64,000 nucleotides of DNA from Azolla caroliniana. Taxonomy: Eukaryota > Plantae > Polypodiophyta. A program made the position numbers and the translations under genes. How positions within the stretch are numbered: position 1 is the first letter of the stretch; each line of letters opens with the position of its first letter. Below are positions 48,588 through 60,150 of this stretch, one piece after another. The notes below the pieces were generated by a model. It was not told the DNA's origin. It ran no database searches and saw only the letters and a list, made by a program, of their open reading frames with translations. The stretch is taken from assembly GCA_043228905.1 (NCBI GenBank), contig JBHGNT010000002.1, positions 13,640,001 to 13,704,000 on the forward strand, in the 5' to 3' direction.

Positions 48588-50627
48588 ATGGAGGCTCAAC
48601 AAGCTAACAATATGATGGCGATGTTCGAACGGATGCTTCAAGAACAACGCACGATGTCGGAGATTTCGGCATCAGTAGAGCGGCTCGTGCAACGCAACGG
48701 GCAATTTAATGGTAAGGATGTGTCGCGATATTTGCAGGACTACAAGGCGGAGATGCTCCGGTGCCGGGCTTCGGAAGGACTGCAAGTGACATCCTTTAAC
48801 CGGGTGGCGACCGACGGGCTTCAAGGGAGTATCCACGGGTTGCAACAACAAAATCCGACGTGGGAAGCATTCGAACAGGCGTTAAAGACCACGTTTGCCA
48901 TCGAGGACTCCTCCAAGGCAACGCGGAGGGGATTCGAGGATTGGGTGGAAACGTCAGGTAAGGGGCTGAAGGTCCTCGAAGTGTTTTCGACATTCGAAAG
49001 TCGGTTCGGGAGGTTGTCCGCGAGAGATCAAACTATTCTTGCGCCGGACAAAGTCATCATGTTTTTGCGAGCTGTGGACGTCCGGGACCGGAAAGATCTC
49101 GGAGTGCTTCTTGAGGACGCGACCACCGAAAGCGGCCTCACCGAAACATGGGAAAGCGTGCGGGATATCGTCGCGCGGTACACGAAGAGGGGGCAATGGC
49201 TTGCCAACGAAGAAAAGAGGGTTTCGGAACCGATTCCGAAACCGAGAACGGGACTGGAAGACCATCAACCGAGAGCTCGGGAGATTACGGCCGAGAAGGG
49301 AGTCGACGCGTCTACGGTGGAGCAGCTGCTGAAGGAGATGGAGAATCTAAAGATCGCGATGGTGAAGAAGTCGGACGACCGCCCCACAAGCTCCAAATAT
49401 ACGGATCGACGGTGCATATGGTGCGATAGCGCCGAACACGATCGGAGGGATTGCGACGACCATAAGGAGGCGCTACGACGGGATCTCATCTACTACGAGG
49501 GAAACCGGATTCATTCGATGGACTCTCGGAAGCCACTCCGACCGAACTTCCGGAAAGGCGGCATGAAGAAGGTGCTCGAGGAGGAGTTAGCGGCAAGAAG
49601 CAACTATGCGACAACCGCGGGAATATGTGTCGGGGAGTCAACGGGAGCGAAGGCGTCTTTCTGGCCGGAGGTGCTAGGAAACACCGAGAAAACCGACTCC
49701 AACGATATCCGAAACACCGCGGAAGGCGTCCGGGAAGCTACGGGATGGGAGTGCCCTGTCGACAAGAATAGCATATACGCCCTGTGTCAATTACATGAGG
49801 TGTATGTGGACGAGAAACGACGGCGCACGGAGGATGCGGCCGGACCATCGAAGATACCGGAAAGCTGGAACTCCGGAGGTAAGGGAAAAGAAAAGAAGAC
49901 TCCGGCATTCAAGCTCGCCTCGGACATAGAACAACAAACCGACTTGAAAAGAGTGTTCGAGGAAAGAATCTTGGATAGCCGGGTAGATTTTTCGCTGCGG
50001 GAACTACTCGGAATAGCGAAGAAGGAGTTTCACGATCTTCTCGTGGATCTCGTGAAAAGGAAGAGACAAAGTACGGAGGAAAATGCTCCAAGGGTGAATG
50101 CAAATATCGTTTCAATGAACGACACCGAAGTGGAAGGCGAAATTCCGAACTCCCACTATACAAGGCCACACTGGGCACGTGCGACTACGGAGACTCCGGT
50201 CCGAATCGGCAACATCAAAGAACCCGTGCTAGCATTGATTGATCACGGATCGGAGATCAACTTGATGTCCAAGGAGTTCTACCGAAAGGGGAAGTGGCCT
50301 ATAAACACCAACCATGGATGGAAGATTCGGGCAGCCACGAAAACGACAGAAGACCTATTTGCGGCTTGTCCGGATGTGACGGTAAAGATCGGGGATGTCG
50401 AAATTGACCAAAATTTCTTTGTGCAGGATGAGGTTTCACATTCTGTCATCCTCGGCCAACCCTTTATCACGGCTTCACGGATGGAGACGAAGGTGCTCGA
50501 TAGTGGTGCGGCTTTTGCGCGAATTCGGAGCCAAAACGGAGGGAAATCCGTCCAATTCCTAACGGTGCCGGCAAATCACGAAAGGAACAAGAGGGAACTC
50601 TTGTCCCAAGTGAGAATGGATTTTTAA
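48588..50627 (+). CDS. gag: Intact Gag-protease ORF
   Basis: ATG lies just downstream of the PBS. CIWCDSAEHDRRDC knuckle, LIDHGSEINLMS and VILGQPF protease motifs; ends MDF*. Confidence 0.9.
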   Translation: MEAQQANNMMAMFERMLQEQRTMSEISASVERLVQRNGQFNGKDVSRYLQDYKAEMLRCRASEGLQVTSFNRVATDGLQGSIHGLQQQNPTWEAFEQALKTTFAIEDSSKATRRGFEDWVETSGKGLKVLEVFSTFESRFGRLSARDQTILAPDKVIMFLRAVDVRDRKDLGVLLEDATTESGLTETWESVRDIVARYTKRGQWLANEEKRVSEPIPKPRTGLEDHQPRAREITAEKGVDASTVEQLLKEMENLKIAMVKKSDDRPTSSKYTDRRCIWCDSAEHDRRDCDDHKEALRRDLIYYEGNRIHSMDSRKPLRPNFRKGGMKKVLEEELAARSNYATTAGICVGESTGAKASFWPEVLGNTEKTDSNDIRNTAEGVREATGWECPVDKNSIYALCQLHEVYVDEKRRRTEDAAGPSKIPESWNSGGKGKEKKTPAFKLASDIEQQTDLKRVFEERILDSRVDFSLRELLGIAKKEFHDLLVDLVKRKRQSTEENAPRVNANIVSMNDTEVEGEIPNSHYTRPHWARATTETPVRIGNIKEPVLALIDHGSEINLMSKEFYRKGKWPINTNHGWKIRAATKTTEDLFAACPDVTVKIGDVEIDQNFFVQDEVSHSVILGQPFITASRMETKVLDSGAAFARIRSQNGGKSVQFLTVPANHERNKRELLSQVRMDF

Positions 50628-50681
50628 AGCGGACTGTTGCGGAGTGGGGAAGTGATAGTCCGAGAAGCCCTGATACCCCAC
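50618..50681 (+). promoter_or_regulatory. Putative -1 programmed ribosomal frameshift signal (G_GAT_TTT plus H-type pseudoknot)
   Basis: Heptamer at 50618-50624 and a 5-nt spacer. Stem 1 CGGACTGTTGC/GTGATAGTCCG, stem 2 GTGGGG/CCCCAC. The -1 frame is open into RT. Confidence 0.8.
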
Positions 50682-53600
50682 ACAGGAAGAAAACTCTCGG
50701 AGCAAAACAAGTACGAATCGGGCCGGATGGGGCATCTACGTACACGGCCGTAACCGGAGGAATGAAGAAACAATACCGACAAGTGGATGATAAGTTACGG
50801 TCGGCATCAATAATAAAAGAAGACGAAGAAATCGTGGGAGTGATCGAGGAAGTGTTCTATGGGAATACACTACAACGGCTTGAAGAGCTTGCGGAAGATA
50901 AAAGCCAAGGGAACCGGGTAGTCCCGGTGGAATCGGTCGAGATGTACGAGATCATTGCGAAAATGGAGCCGGATACGCTCCGCAAAGAAGAAGCAATGGT
51001 AAGTACGAAATACAAGACCGTGGAGAAGAAGGTGAAACCGGCCGCGGGACCACTACCCGCCGATAGCGAACAAAAGAAGAAAGAAGTCTCGGGAGATCCG
51101 ACACTTCGGAAGTCCGTGGATATCGGACATGCCTTCACAGATGAGACCCGGAAGAAACTTCGGATCGGTGGAGGTGGGTTCCTCTTACAAGAAGAAGAAA
51201 AACGGTTTCGAGAGATGTTGGAGCAACATGGCAAAGCATTCGCGTTCACATCGAGGGAGATCGGATGCATTAATCCAAAGATAGTGGAGCCGATGGTGAT
51301 TTTCACGATTGATCATGTACCGTGGAACTTGAAGCCGATTCCGGTGCCACGGGCGCATATTCCGAAAGTCATCGACTTGCTCAAGGAGAAGGTGGCGATG
51401 GGGATTCTAGAGCCATCAAGTGCTCCGTACTCAAATCGATGGTTTACGGTTCCGAAGAAGAATGGGTCACTCCGATTCATCCAAGACTTGCAACCGGTGA
51501 ACAAGGTCACGATCCGGAACTCGGGAGTCGGTCCGATAGTGGACGAATTCGCGGAAGCTTTTGCCGGACGTGCGATATACTCCATCGGGGACCTATACTC
51601 GGGGTATGACCAATTCCAACTAACCGTGGAGAGCCGAGACATCACTACCATGCGGACACCGATAGGACTAGTTCGAATGTGCACACTACCACAAGGAGCG
51701 ACAAACTCGGTTGCACATATGATGAACGCGATGAACAAGGTGCTTCGAGATTGCATCCCGGAGATAACGATGCCGTTTCTAGATGACATTCCGATGAAAT
51801 GATGCGCGGTGGAAGAAAAAGATGAGACTATGGATGATCGGGGATGCCGAAAGTTCGTGGTCGACCATATTCATGATTGCGAGAAAGTATTTCGAAAGCT
51901 AGAAGATGTGCACCTAACACTTTCCGGGGAGAAATCGGCATTCGGGCAAGAAGAAATATTGGTGGTCGGACATCTATGTGGACCCTACGGCCGAAGACCG
52001 TCACCAACAAAGGTCGATGCGATTCAAGCTATGAAGGAAGTATGTGAGTCAACATCGGAAGTCCGAAGGTTTCTGGGTGCGTGTGCATTCTATCACATAT
52101 GGATTCCGCACTATGCACATATAGCGGACCCGCTCTATCACTTGTTGCGGAAAGGTAAGAAATTCGAGTGGAAACCGGAACACACTAAAGCCATGAGGAA
52201 GCTCAAGAAGACACTATGGAGGGCAGAATCACTTAAGAAGCCAAGCTACGAGCGGCCAATCATAGTAACGGTTGATACAAGTCCAACCGGTATCGGGTGG
52301 GTCATCAATCAAGCCGACTCGGATGGTTCGCGGTATCCGATCCGATTTGGAGCAAAGGTCCTCAACGAAAGGCAACGCGGATATGCACAAGTCAAAAGAG
52401 AGTTGTGGGGAGTCGTGTCGGCGATAAAATCGGATCGGGATTATTTGATCGGAGCTGAAGTGGTGATCGAGACGGATTGTCTTCCGATACTCGGGATGAT
52501 GCGGTGTTGTACGATACCGGATGTGGCTATGCTAAGGTGGATTGCATATGTCAAGTCACTTAATCCGGAGGTTCGACACATCTCGGGGAAGGACAACGCG
52601 GTAGCGGACATGTTATCGAGGGCGCGGTTTGAAGACGACATAACCGAATCAGATAATGAAGAAGTTTCCGAAGACTACTTCACGTCAGAACACATATGCC
52701 GAGTGAACGTGATCCGAGAATTCCGGGAAGAAGAATACGAGGGGGAAAGCTTGATGATCGGGAAGATGCTACAAGAGGTCGAGGATTCAACCAATGATAA
52801 AGAAAGGAGAGCCGAGATCCGAAGGATGAAGAGGCAAGTCCAAAAGTTCTTCTTGGAAAACGGTTTAATATGGAGGACGCCGAAAAGACCGGATGGGATA
52901 CCACTTCGAGTAGTCGGGACGAAAGAGCAACGAAACCGGATAATGTCCGAGTTCCACGAATCCGATTGGGCTGGACATCGAGGAACATGGGCAACTTTTG
53001 TGAAAATCAAGCAAAGATATTGGTGGAAGAACATGTATAAAGATGTCGCGGAGTTCACAGAAAGCTGCGAGAAATGTCAAGTCTACTCCGGGGTCCGACA
53101 CCGAGATGAGCTGCATCCGACATTCTCACCGACAATCAACTTCAAGTGGATGGTCGACATTGTAGCTATGCCGACCGGGATTGGACAAAAGAAATACTTG
53201 GTGTTAGCTCGAGAAGATCTCACAAACCAAGTTGAAGGTCGAGCGCTTCGGAGGAAAACGTGTGCCGCGGTGTGCCAATTTCTTTTGGAAGAAGTGTTTT
53301 GTAGGTACGGCTGCGTAGGACAAGTGATTGCGGACCGGGGAGAACTCGACTCGGACAAAGCTAGGGGATTCTTCGCCAAACATGGAGTTCGGTTAACGTT
53401 GACAACGGCCTACAATCCGGAGGCCAACGGGAAGATCGAACGAGGACATAGTCCGATCGTGAAAGCACTTGCGAAGGCATGCGACGGAAGGGTGAAGGAT
53501 TGGCCACAAATGCTTCCGTATGCACTATGGGCGGATCGGACGACGCATAGCTCCGTGACCGGTTACATGCCGGCAGAACTTATGACCGGACAAGCACCGG

Positions 53601-54229
53601 TAATGCCAACGGAAACCGCAATCGCGACATGGACAATACTACCGTGGAAGGAAGAGATGAGCCGGGAAGAACTACTAGCGGTCCGGATACGACAACTGGA
53701 GGGAAGACCGAAAGATGTAGCGGAAGCGTCACGCCGACAACAAGAAGCACGGTTCCGGAACAAAAGCCGGTTCGACACAAAGCACCGACTACGACCGAGG
53801 AGGATTGAAGAAGGAGATTGGGTGATCGTCTATGATAGTAGCTTGGACCATCAACATACAACGATGCGGAAATTCGCGAAAAGGTGGTTCGGGCCGTACG
53901 AGGTTCGGAAGGTCTTCGACAACGGGACGTACCGACTGTCCGAGTTGGATGGAACAATACTACGAGTGCCTATAGCCGGGAAGCGGGTGAAGATTTTCAA
54001 GAAGCGGACCGACGACAAACCTTATGTGATCCAAGTCGAGGCCGACAACGAGGAGCAATCGGGCGAAGACCACAATGATGCGGGAAGCGAAGAAAGTGGA
54101 TTACAACTCATAGTCGACATAAGGGGAGAATCGGAGGAAGCTTCGGATGAAGACGGATACGAAGAATCAAGAACTTCGGCACATACCGGAGGATGTGCGG
54201 GTTTGGAGGGGGCGAGTGTCGTAGTGTAG
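50624..54229 (+). pseudogene. pol: Pol (RT-RNase H-integrase) in the -1 frame, single nonsense mutation at 51800-51802
   Basis: TGA where the sister copy has GGA (FLDDIPMKG); otherwise open through integrase into the 3' LTR. No chromodomain; acidic C-terminal tail. Confidence 0.93.
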
Positions 54230-55518
54230 GTTGCACACTATGTGGAAATTATATTTTTGTCCCTCCGGATAGAGAATGGAGTGCTCGGTGAGAACCGGAA
54301 GAAAACGGCATACCGACAAGGAGGAAAACGGCATACCGGCAAGGAGGAAAACGGCATACCGGCAAGGAAGAAAACGGCATACCGGCAAGGAAGAGCCGGA
54401 TAAAGAGACATAAATGTAAAAAAGAAAGGAAATACTCACTGCTGCGCAGGGCGTGATTCGAACTCTGCACCTCCACGTTGACAAACCCCAACCTTACCAT
54501 TACATTAAATTATCTTAAGTGTTTTAAATATAGATTTAATATGTATAGGAGCTTTATTTATGCATACCTTTATTAAAAGGTAAATCGTGTATTTTTTTAA
54601 TATATGAAAAAGAAAAAAAAAACACGAGACACTAAAAATAACTCATGCACATCTAGCGTGCATGAGCCCTATACTTAGGAAATAAAAAAGCATCACATGC
54701 ACATTTAGTGGAGATGAACACTTTTTGTAAAAAAAAACGCATGAAGCCATGCTTAGCTCTTCTTTCCTTATATAAGGAGGAGAGAAATATGTAAAGGGTT
54801 GTTGATTATTTGGATTAAGTATTAATCAATACAAAAATTATTCGTGGGATTCACGATTTATACATCTACTTCTCTCTTAACACCCTAAGTACCAATTAAT
54901 ATAGTATACTCGTGTGATTCACGAGTTTCTTATCTTTCTCTTTGCTATTTACTCATAATTAATCTCTATCTCACGAACTTCTTTCTCCTAGTCCAAGACC
55001 TCTGTGGTTCCCACCCGACTCACGCAACGATCCGGAGCCGAAAGGCACGACAACGACGATCTGACCTCAAGTTGAGCTTGAGGGGGAGTGTTGAGTAGAC
55101 AAGCTCAACCGGATCCGGATCGGTATATGGAACGAAGAACCGGATCGGTATCCGGAACCAAGAGCCAGATCGGAGAGCCGGATTGTAATGCGGATCTTAT
55201 TGTAACCAGTAGGCCGTTAGAGGCCTACGACTCTAGCCTACAACATAGGCATATTTTTGGGAGGCAGTATCTGATGCTCAGTACGAGCATTGAAGTACCT
55301 GTTAGTACTTTAGTTGGTCCTTTTAAGGACTTGTATAAAAAGTTTTTTGTAAGGAATTTGTATGTACAAAGTCTACAGAAAGTGTAATTGTGTTTTTTGA
55401 ATATAGACGTTGTGTTCTACTCTAACTTTGTCTCTCCCACGTATTGTCTCAAGCTTTCCATTGAGCCTTATCCAGCTGAGCCGGTTTTGTCTACACTTCA
55501 ACTCTTCCACTTTTTACA

Positions 55519-57471
55519 CTAGTCATCGGGGAACATGGGCAACATTTGCAAAGATCAAGAAAAAATATTGGTGGAAGAATATGTGCAAGGATGTAGTGGA
55601 GTTCACCGAAAGCTGCGAGAAATGTCAAATCTACTCCTGAGTTCAACACCAGGACGAATTACATCTGACATTCTTACAGACAATCAACTTTAAATGGATG
55701 GTCAACATCATGGCCATGCCAACCGAGATCGGACAAAAAAAGTACTTAGTGCTAACTCGGGAGGATCTGACGAACCAAGTAGAAGGTCGGGTGCTACAGA
55801 GGAAAACATGTTCTGCAGTATGCCAATTTCTCTTGGAAGAAGTGTTCTACAGGTACTGGTGCGTAGGACAAGTGATTGCAGATCGGGGAGAACTTGACTC
55901 TGATAAGCGAGGGAATTATTCGCCAAACATGGAGTACGGTTGATGCTAACCACATCATACAATCCAAAAATAAATGGGAGGATCGAAGGAGGACATAGTC
56001 CAATTGTAAAAGCACTTGCAAAAGCATGTGACGGAAGGGTGAAGATTTGGCCGCAGATGCTTCCGTATGCACTATGGGCAAATCATTCAGCGCATAGTTC
56101 CATGACCGGTTATATGCCAACGGAACTTGTGACTAGACAAGCTCTGGTAATGCCTATGGAAACCGCAATTTCAACATGGACGGTACCATGGAAGGAAGAG
56201 ATGATTCGGGAAGAACTACTAGCGGTCCAGATACAACAACTAGAAAGAAGACTAGATGACATAGCGAAAGCGGTACACAGACAACAAGATGCATGATTCT
56301 AGAGCAAACGATGATTTGACAAAAAGCATCATCTATGACCACAGAAGATTGAAGAAGGAGATTGGGTGATAATCTACGACAGCAAGTTGGATCATCAACA
56401 CAGAACGATACGAAAATTCAATCAAAGGTGGTTCAAACCATACGAGGTTCGAAAAGTATTCGACAATGGAACTTACCAGTTAAGTGAGCTAGATGGAACA
56501 GTACTTCGAGTTCCTATAGCAGGGAAGCAGGTGAAAAGTTTCAAGATGCGAAGTGATGCCGAACCCTACGTAATCTTAGACAACCCCAATAGAGAGGAGC
56601 AACCGGACAAGGATCATGGAGGTATGGAGGTACGGAAAGCAAAGAAAGTGGGTTAGAATTAATAATCAACATAGGGGAAGAGACAAATGGTGCTTCAGAT
56701 GAAGGAGAGTAACAAGCACCAACAACTTTGGCACATACCAGAGGATATGCAGGTTCGGAGGGGGTGAGTGTTGTAGTGTACCTCGTGCATTACGTGAAAT
56801 ATGTACGAAGTACCTGATTAAATAAAAATAAAGAAATAGAAGAAATTACTAAAATATATGTTACATGCACAGGGTAGGATTCAAACCCTGTACCTCCATG
56901 TAAGTAAACCTAAATCTTACCATCATATCAACTCATCATGAGTGATATAGTTATGGATTTAATATTTAGAAAAGCTTATCCTCAAGTATAAATTTTAGAA
57001 AAAGCTACTTATGTATGTGTAGCGTGCATAAAACTTTAGTTAAAGAAAATGCTTTATAAAAAAAAGCTACTCATGCAATTCTAGCATGCATGAGCACTAT
57101 AATTAGAAGAAAAAAGCATGATGCTTGCCATGTGGTAAGCTATACTTAGTCTCTTCCATTACTATATGAGGAGAAGAAAAGATGTATTGTGGTTGTTGAT
57201 TCTTAGGTTTTAATAGGATTTCTAATTTACTATACTCGTGTGATTCACAATTTTTTGATCTATCTTTTCTAATCTATTCCAATCTACTATAATTAGGGTT
57301 CTAAGGGTTGATTAATCTAATATAATACAGTCATGGAATTCACGAGGTTTTCTACATCTCTCTCTTTCAATCTTATATTCTTATTTGCCTCAAATTCCTC
57401 ATCCTCCTAGTCCAAAACCTCGACGGTTCCCACCCGACTCACGCAACGATCTAGCGTTGAAAGGCACGATA
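55519..57471 (+). mobile_element. Older Trp-PBS gypsy 3' fragment: degenerate integrase, PPT, 3' LTR 56769-57471
   Basis: SHRGTWATF, KKYLVLTREDLTNQVEGR and WFKPY motifs; GGAGGGGGTGAG then TGTTGTAGTG...GGCACGATA. Confidence 0.85.
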
Positions 57472-58545
57472 GTGGCAAAGGACGCGAACTGGCATGCCAC
57501 TATGGAGGAAGAAATGCAGGCACTCGATGCCAACAACACATGGGACCTAGTTAACCCTTCCCAACACTGCAAACCGATCGGCTGCAAATGGGTGTATAAG
57601 GTAAAATAGAACGCCAACGGTTCGGTCAACCAATACAAGGCCCAACTGGTGGCCAAGGGATATGCACAGACCCACGGAATTGACTATGATGAGACCTTCA
57701 CACCAGTAGCAAAGATAAAAATAGTCCATGTAGTGTTGGTAGTCGCAGCGGCAAGGGGGTGGCATCTCCACCAAATGGATGTGAAGAATGTGTTTCTTCA
57801 AGGAGATCTTGAAGAACAAGTGTATATGATCCAACCCCCCGGATTTCAGTCGGAGATGAACAAGTCGGTAGTGTGTTGACTCAAGAAGTCACTTTATAGC
57901 TTGAAGCAAGCCCCCCGAGCTTGGAATTCGAAGATCACGCATCCGGAAAGGTCCAAAGGGTGCGGTGTGCATTCTACTCTACGTCGATGACTTGGTCGTT
58001 ACCGAACCTGACCTCACCAAAATCGGCCGAGTCAAATCCAAACTGTCGGATGCATTGGAGATGAAGGACCTAGGGGACCTTCACTACTTCCTCGGGATTG
58101 AAGTGATCCACACCCCCCACAGCATATTGTTGTATCAACGACACTATGTTTGAATATGTTGTTCAAGTTCAGCATGATGGATTGTCGACCGGTCTCAATA
58201 CCCCTTGACCGGAATCTAAAGTTACGTCCCGACTCCAAGATGGTTCTGACAAATTGTAAGAAGCCTCATATACTTGAGTATCACTCGACCCGACCTCACC
58301 TATCCAGTTGGACTAATCAGCCAATTCATGCAGCGACCAACCGTCGAGCACCTTCAGTGTGCGCATCGACTATTGCGATATGTAAGAAACACTAAGGATC
58401 AGGAACTGTTGTACCAACACGGTATAACCAAAACGTTAGTCGGTTATACAGATTTCGACTAGGTGTTGGTGATGTGTCGGATCGTCGGTGAACATCTAAC
58501 TTCATGTTTTCTCTCGAGACCACAGCTATTGCGTGGAGAACCAAG
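57472..58545 (+). pseudogene. pol: Degenerate copia RT/RNase H fragment
   Basis: [34 protein letters not shown] and ITRPDL motifs, with stops and deletions. Confidence 0.85.
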
Positions 58546-59411
58546 TCAGGAGGACCTGTTTCACTAGATCACGCAAGGCGGCAACACACGAACAAACGAG
58601 GAATCCATCACGACACCAATTCCGGATACTGCCGAACAAGAGGAACCTCAGGCCATGTCACCAGAAATTCCCACTACGATGAACAACACGGAACAGCGAA
58701 CGGAGTCCCCCGCAATGCCAAACAGCGAAACCACCGACCAAGAGGAACCCCACCCACCGGAGTATACTCTTACGGCCGACTGCAAGGAGGACGTTCTGGA
58801 CCAAGAGGAACCACAACCCCACTCCCTAGAGCGTATAACGATGGTCAACATCACGGAGGAAGTGACAGACGAAACAGAGTCGCGACCTACCACAACCCCG
58901 TGGACGGCAGAACCAACCCCCATAGCCCAAGAAGAGCCCGCAGAACCCGGACCGCCCACACAGGACGACCGCGACATCATGAGAAGCCCTCCCGACCAAG
59001 TAGGGGAACCACACAACGACGCCCCTACGGGCCCTACGCCGTCCCCAGACACAGACACCGTAGCAAAACCAAACATCAGGGCCATTTTGGAGGAAGATTA
59101 AAGGGGTGGGTCCGACGTGCCATGACAATGTCCCATAGGCGTGCCAGGTGTTGTCCGTCGGAATAGTAACCAACGGACAAGAGCGCAATAATATGGAAAA
59201 GAATAATATTGTAACGCATGTAAACGGTTCACATGGGAAGCGTGAACAGCTAAAAGACCCTACGTATATAAAGGGTAGAAAACCTCTAATAGAGGTAGCG
59301 TGTAATTTTGAATGTAACAGGCGTATCTTAATAGAGTTCTATCTTCTCTGATATCTGTGCGTATCTGTGGTTAATCTACTGTGTGTCTGTAAAACTTAGG
59401 AGCGTAGGCGT

Positions 59412-60150
59412 TGTCGTAGTGTGAATCACACACTATGTGAAATATGTAAAATACTATATCCGATTTAAAGTACGTATAATAAATAAAATAAAATATTAAA
59501 AATATTTATTACGTGCATAGGGCGGGATTCGAACCCTGTACCTCCACATAGACAAACCCCAACCTTACCATTGTACCAACAAAGTGTTCTACATATAAAT
59601 TTAATATGTATAAGACCTTTATTTACGTCTACATTTATTAAAAGGAAAGTCATGCATTTTTTAGAATGCGTGAATACTTTATTTATAAGAAAAATGTACA
59701 CCAATAAAAAAATGACTCGTGCACATCTAGCGAGCATGAGCACTATATTTAGGAAATAAAAGCATAGTGTAAAAAGGCAACTCATGCACATTTAGTGTGC
59801 ATGAACACTTTAGAAAAAAAAAGCATGAAGCTAGGCTTAGCCTCTTCCATCCTTATATAAGGAGGAGAGAATGATGTATGGGGGTTGTTGATTATTTTAC
59901 AAGGATTTTGATCAATCTAATATATTCGTGGGATTCACGATTTTTTCCATCTATTTCTCTCTTACATTCTAAGTATCAATTAATACACTATACTCGTGGG
60001 ATTCACGAGTTTCATGTCTTCCTTCAAATATTTCTCTTTCTTGCAATCCATTCATAAGGAGCCTTATCTCATATTCTTCTTTCTCCTAGTCCAAAACCTC
60101 AGTGGTTCCCACCTAACTCACACAACGATCCGGAGCCGAAAGGCACGATA
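59412..60150 (+). mobile_element. Solo LTR of a subfamily D relative
   Basis: TGTCGTAGTG...GGCACGATA flanked by 4-bp TSD GCGT at 59408-59411 and 60151-60154. Confidence 0.9.
59515..59588 (-). ncRNA. tRNA-like Pol III-type cassette (A box plus B box), antisense within the LTR; not a functional tRNA
   Basis: Minus strand TGGTACAATGG (59578-59568), 32 nt, then GGTTCGAATCCC (59535-59524) and a downstream TTTTT. Homologues at 47938-48010, 54442-54515 and 56866-56935. Confidence 0.6.

Larger units (their letters stand above)
47690..55052 (+). mobile_element. Trp-PBS gypsy subfamily D, copy 2, complete and near-intact
   Basis: LTRs 47690-48549 and 54217-55052 (about 4 substitutions, one 23-bp unit and 1 nt of length difference). 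PBS at 48554-48571; PPT GGAGGGGGCGAG. 4-bp TSD ACGA at 47686-47689 and 55053-55056. Confidence 0.96.
46821..55518 (+). mobile_element. Copia-C family 3' fragment (RT ~46821-47370, 3' UTR, PPT, 3' LTR 55089-55518), split by the insertion at 47690-55052
   Basis: LLYVDDL, MKDLGDLHYFLGIE and LIYLTITRP motifs; RNase H deleted; GAGGGGGAG then TGTTGAG...TTTACA. Confidence 0.8.

Noticed and set aside
40416-52369. Segmental duplication or assembly error explaining the two subfamily D copies
   Set aside because: Different flanks (GCGT vs ACGA), different LTR structure and private mutations indicate independent insertions.
59515-59588. Functional tRNA gene
   Set aside because: A and B boxes are present, but the acceptor, anticodon and T stems do not pair convincingly. 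Reported as a tRNA-like cassette only.
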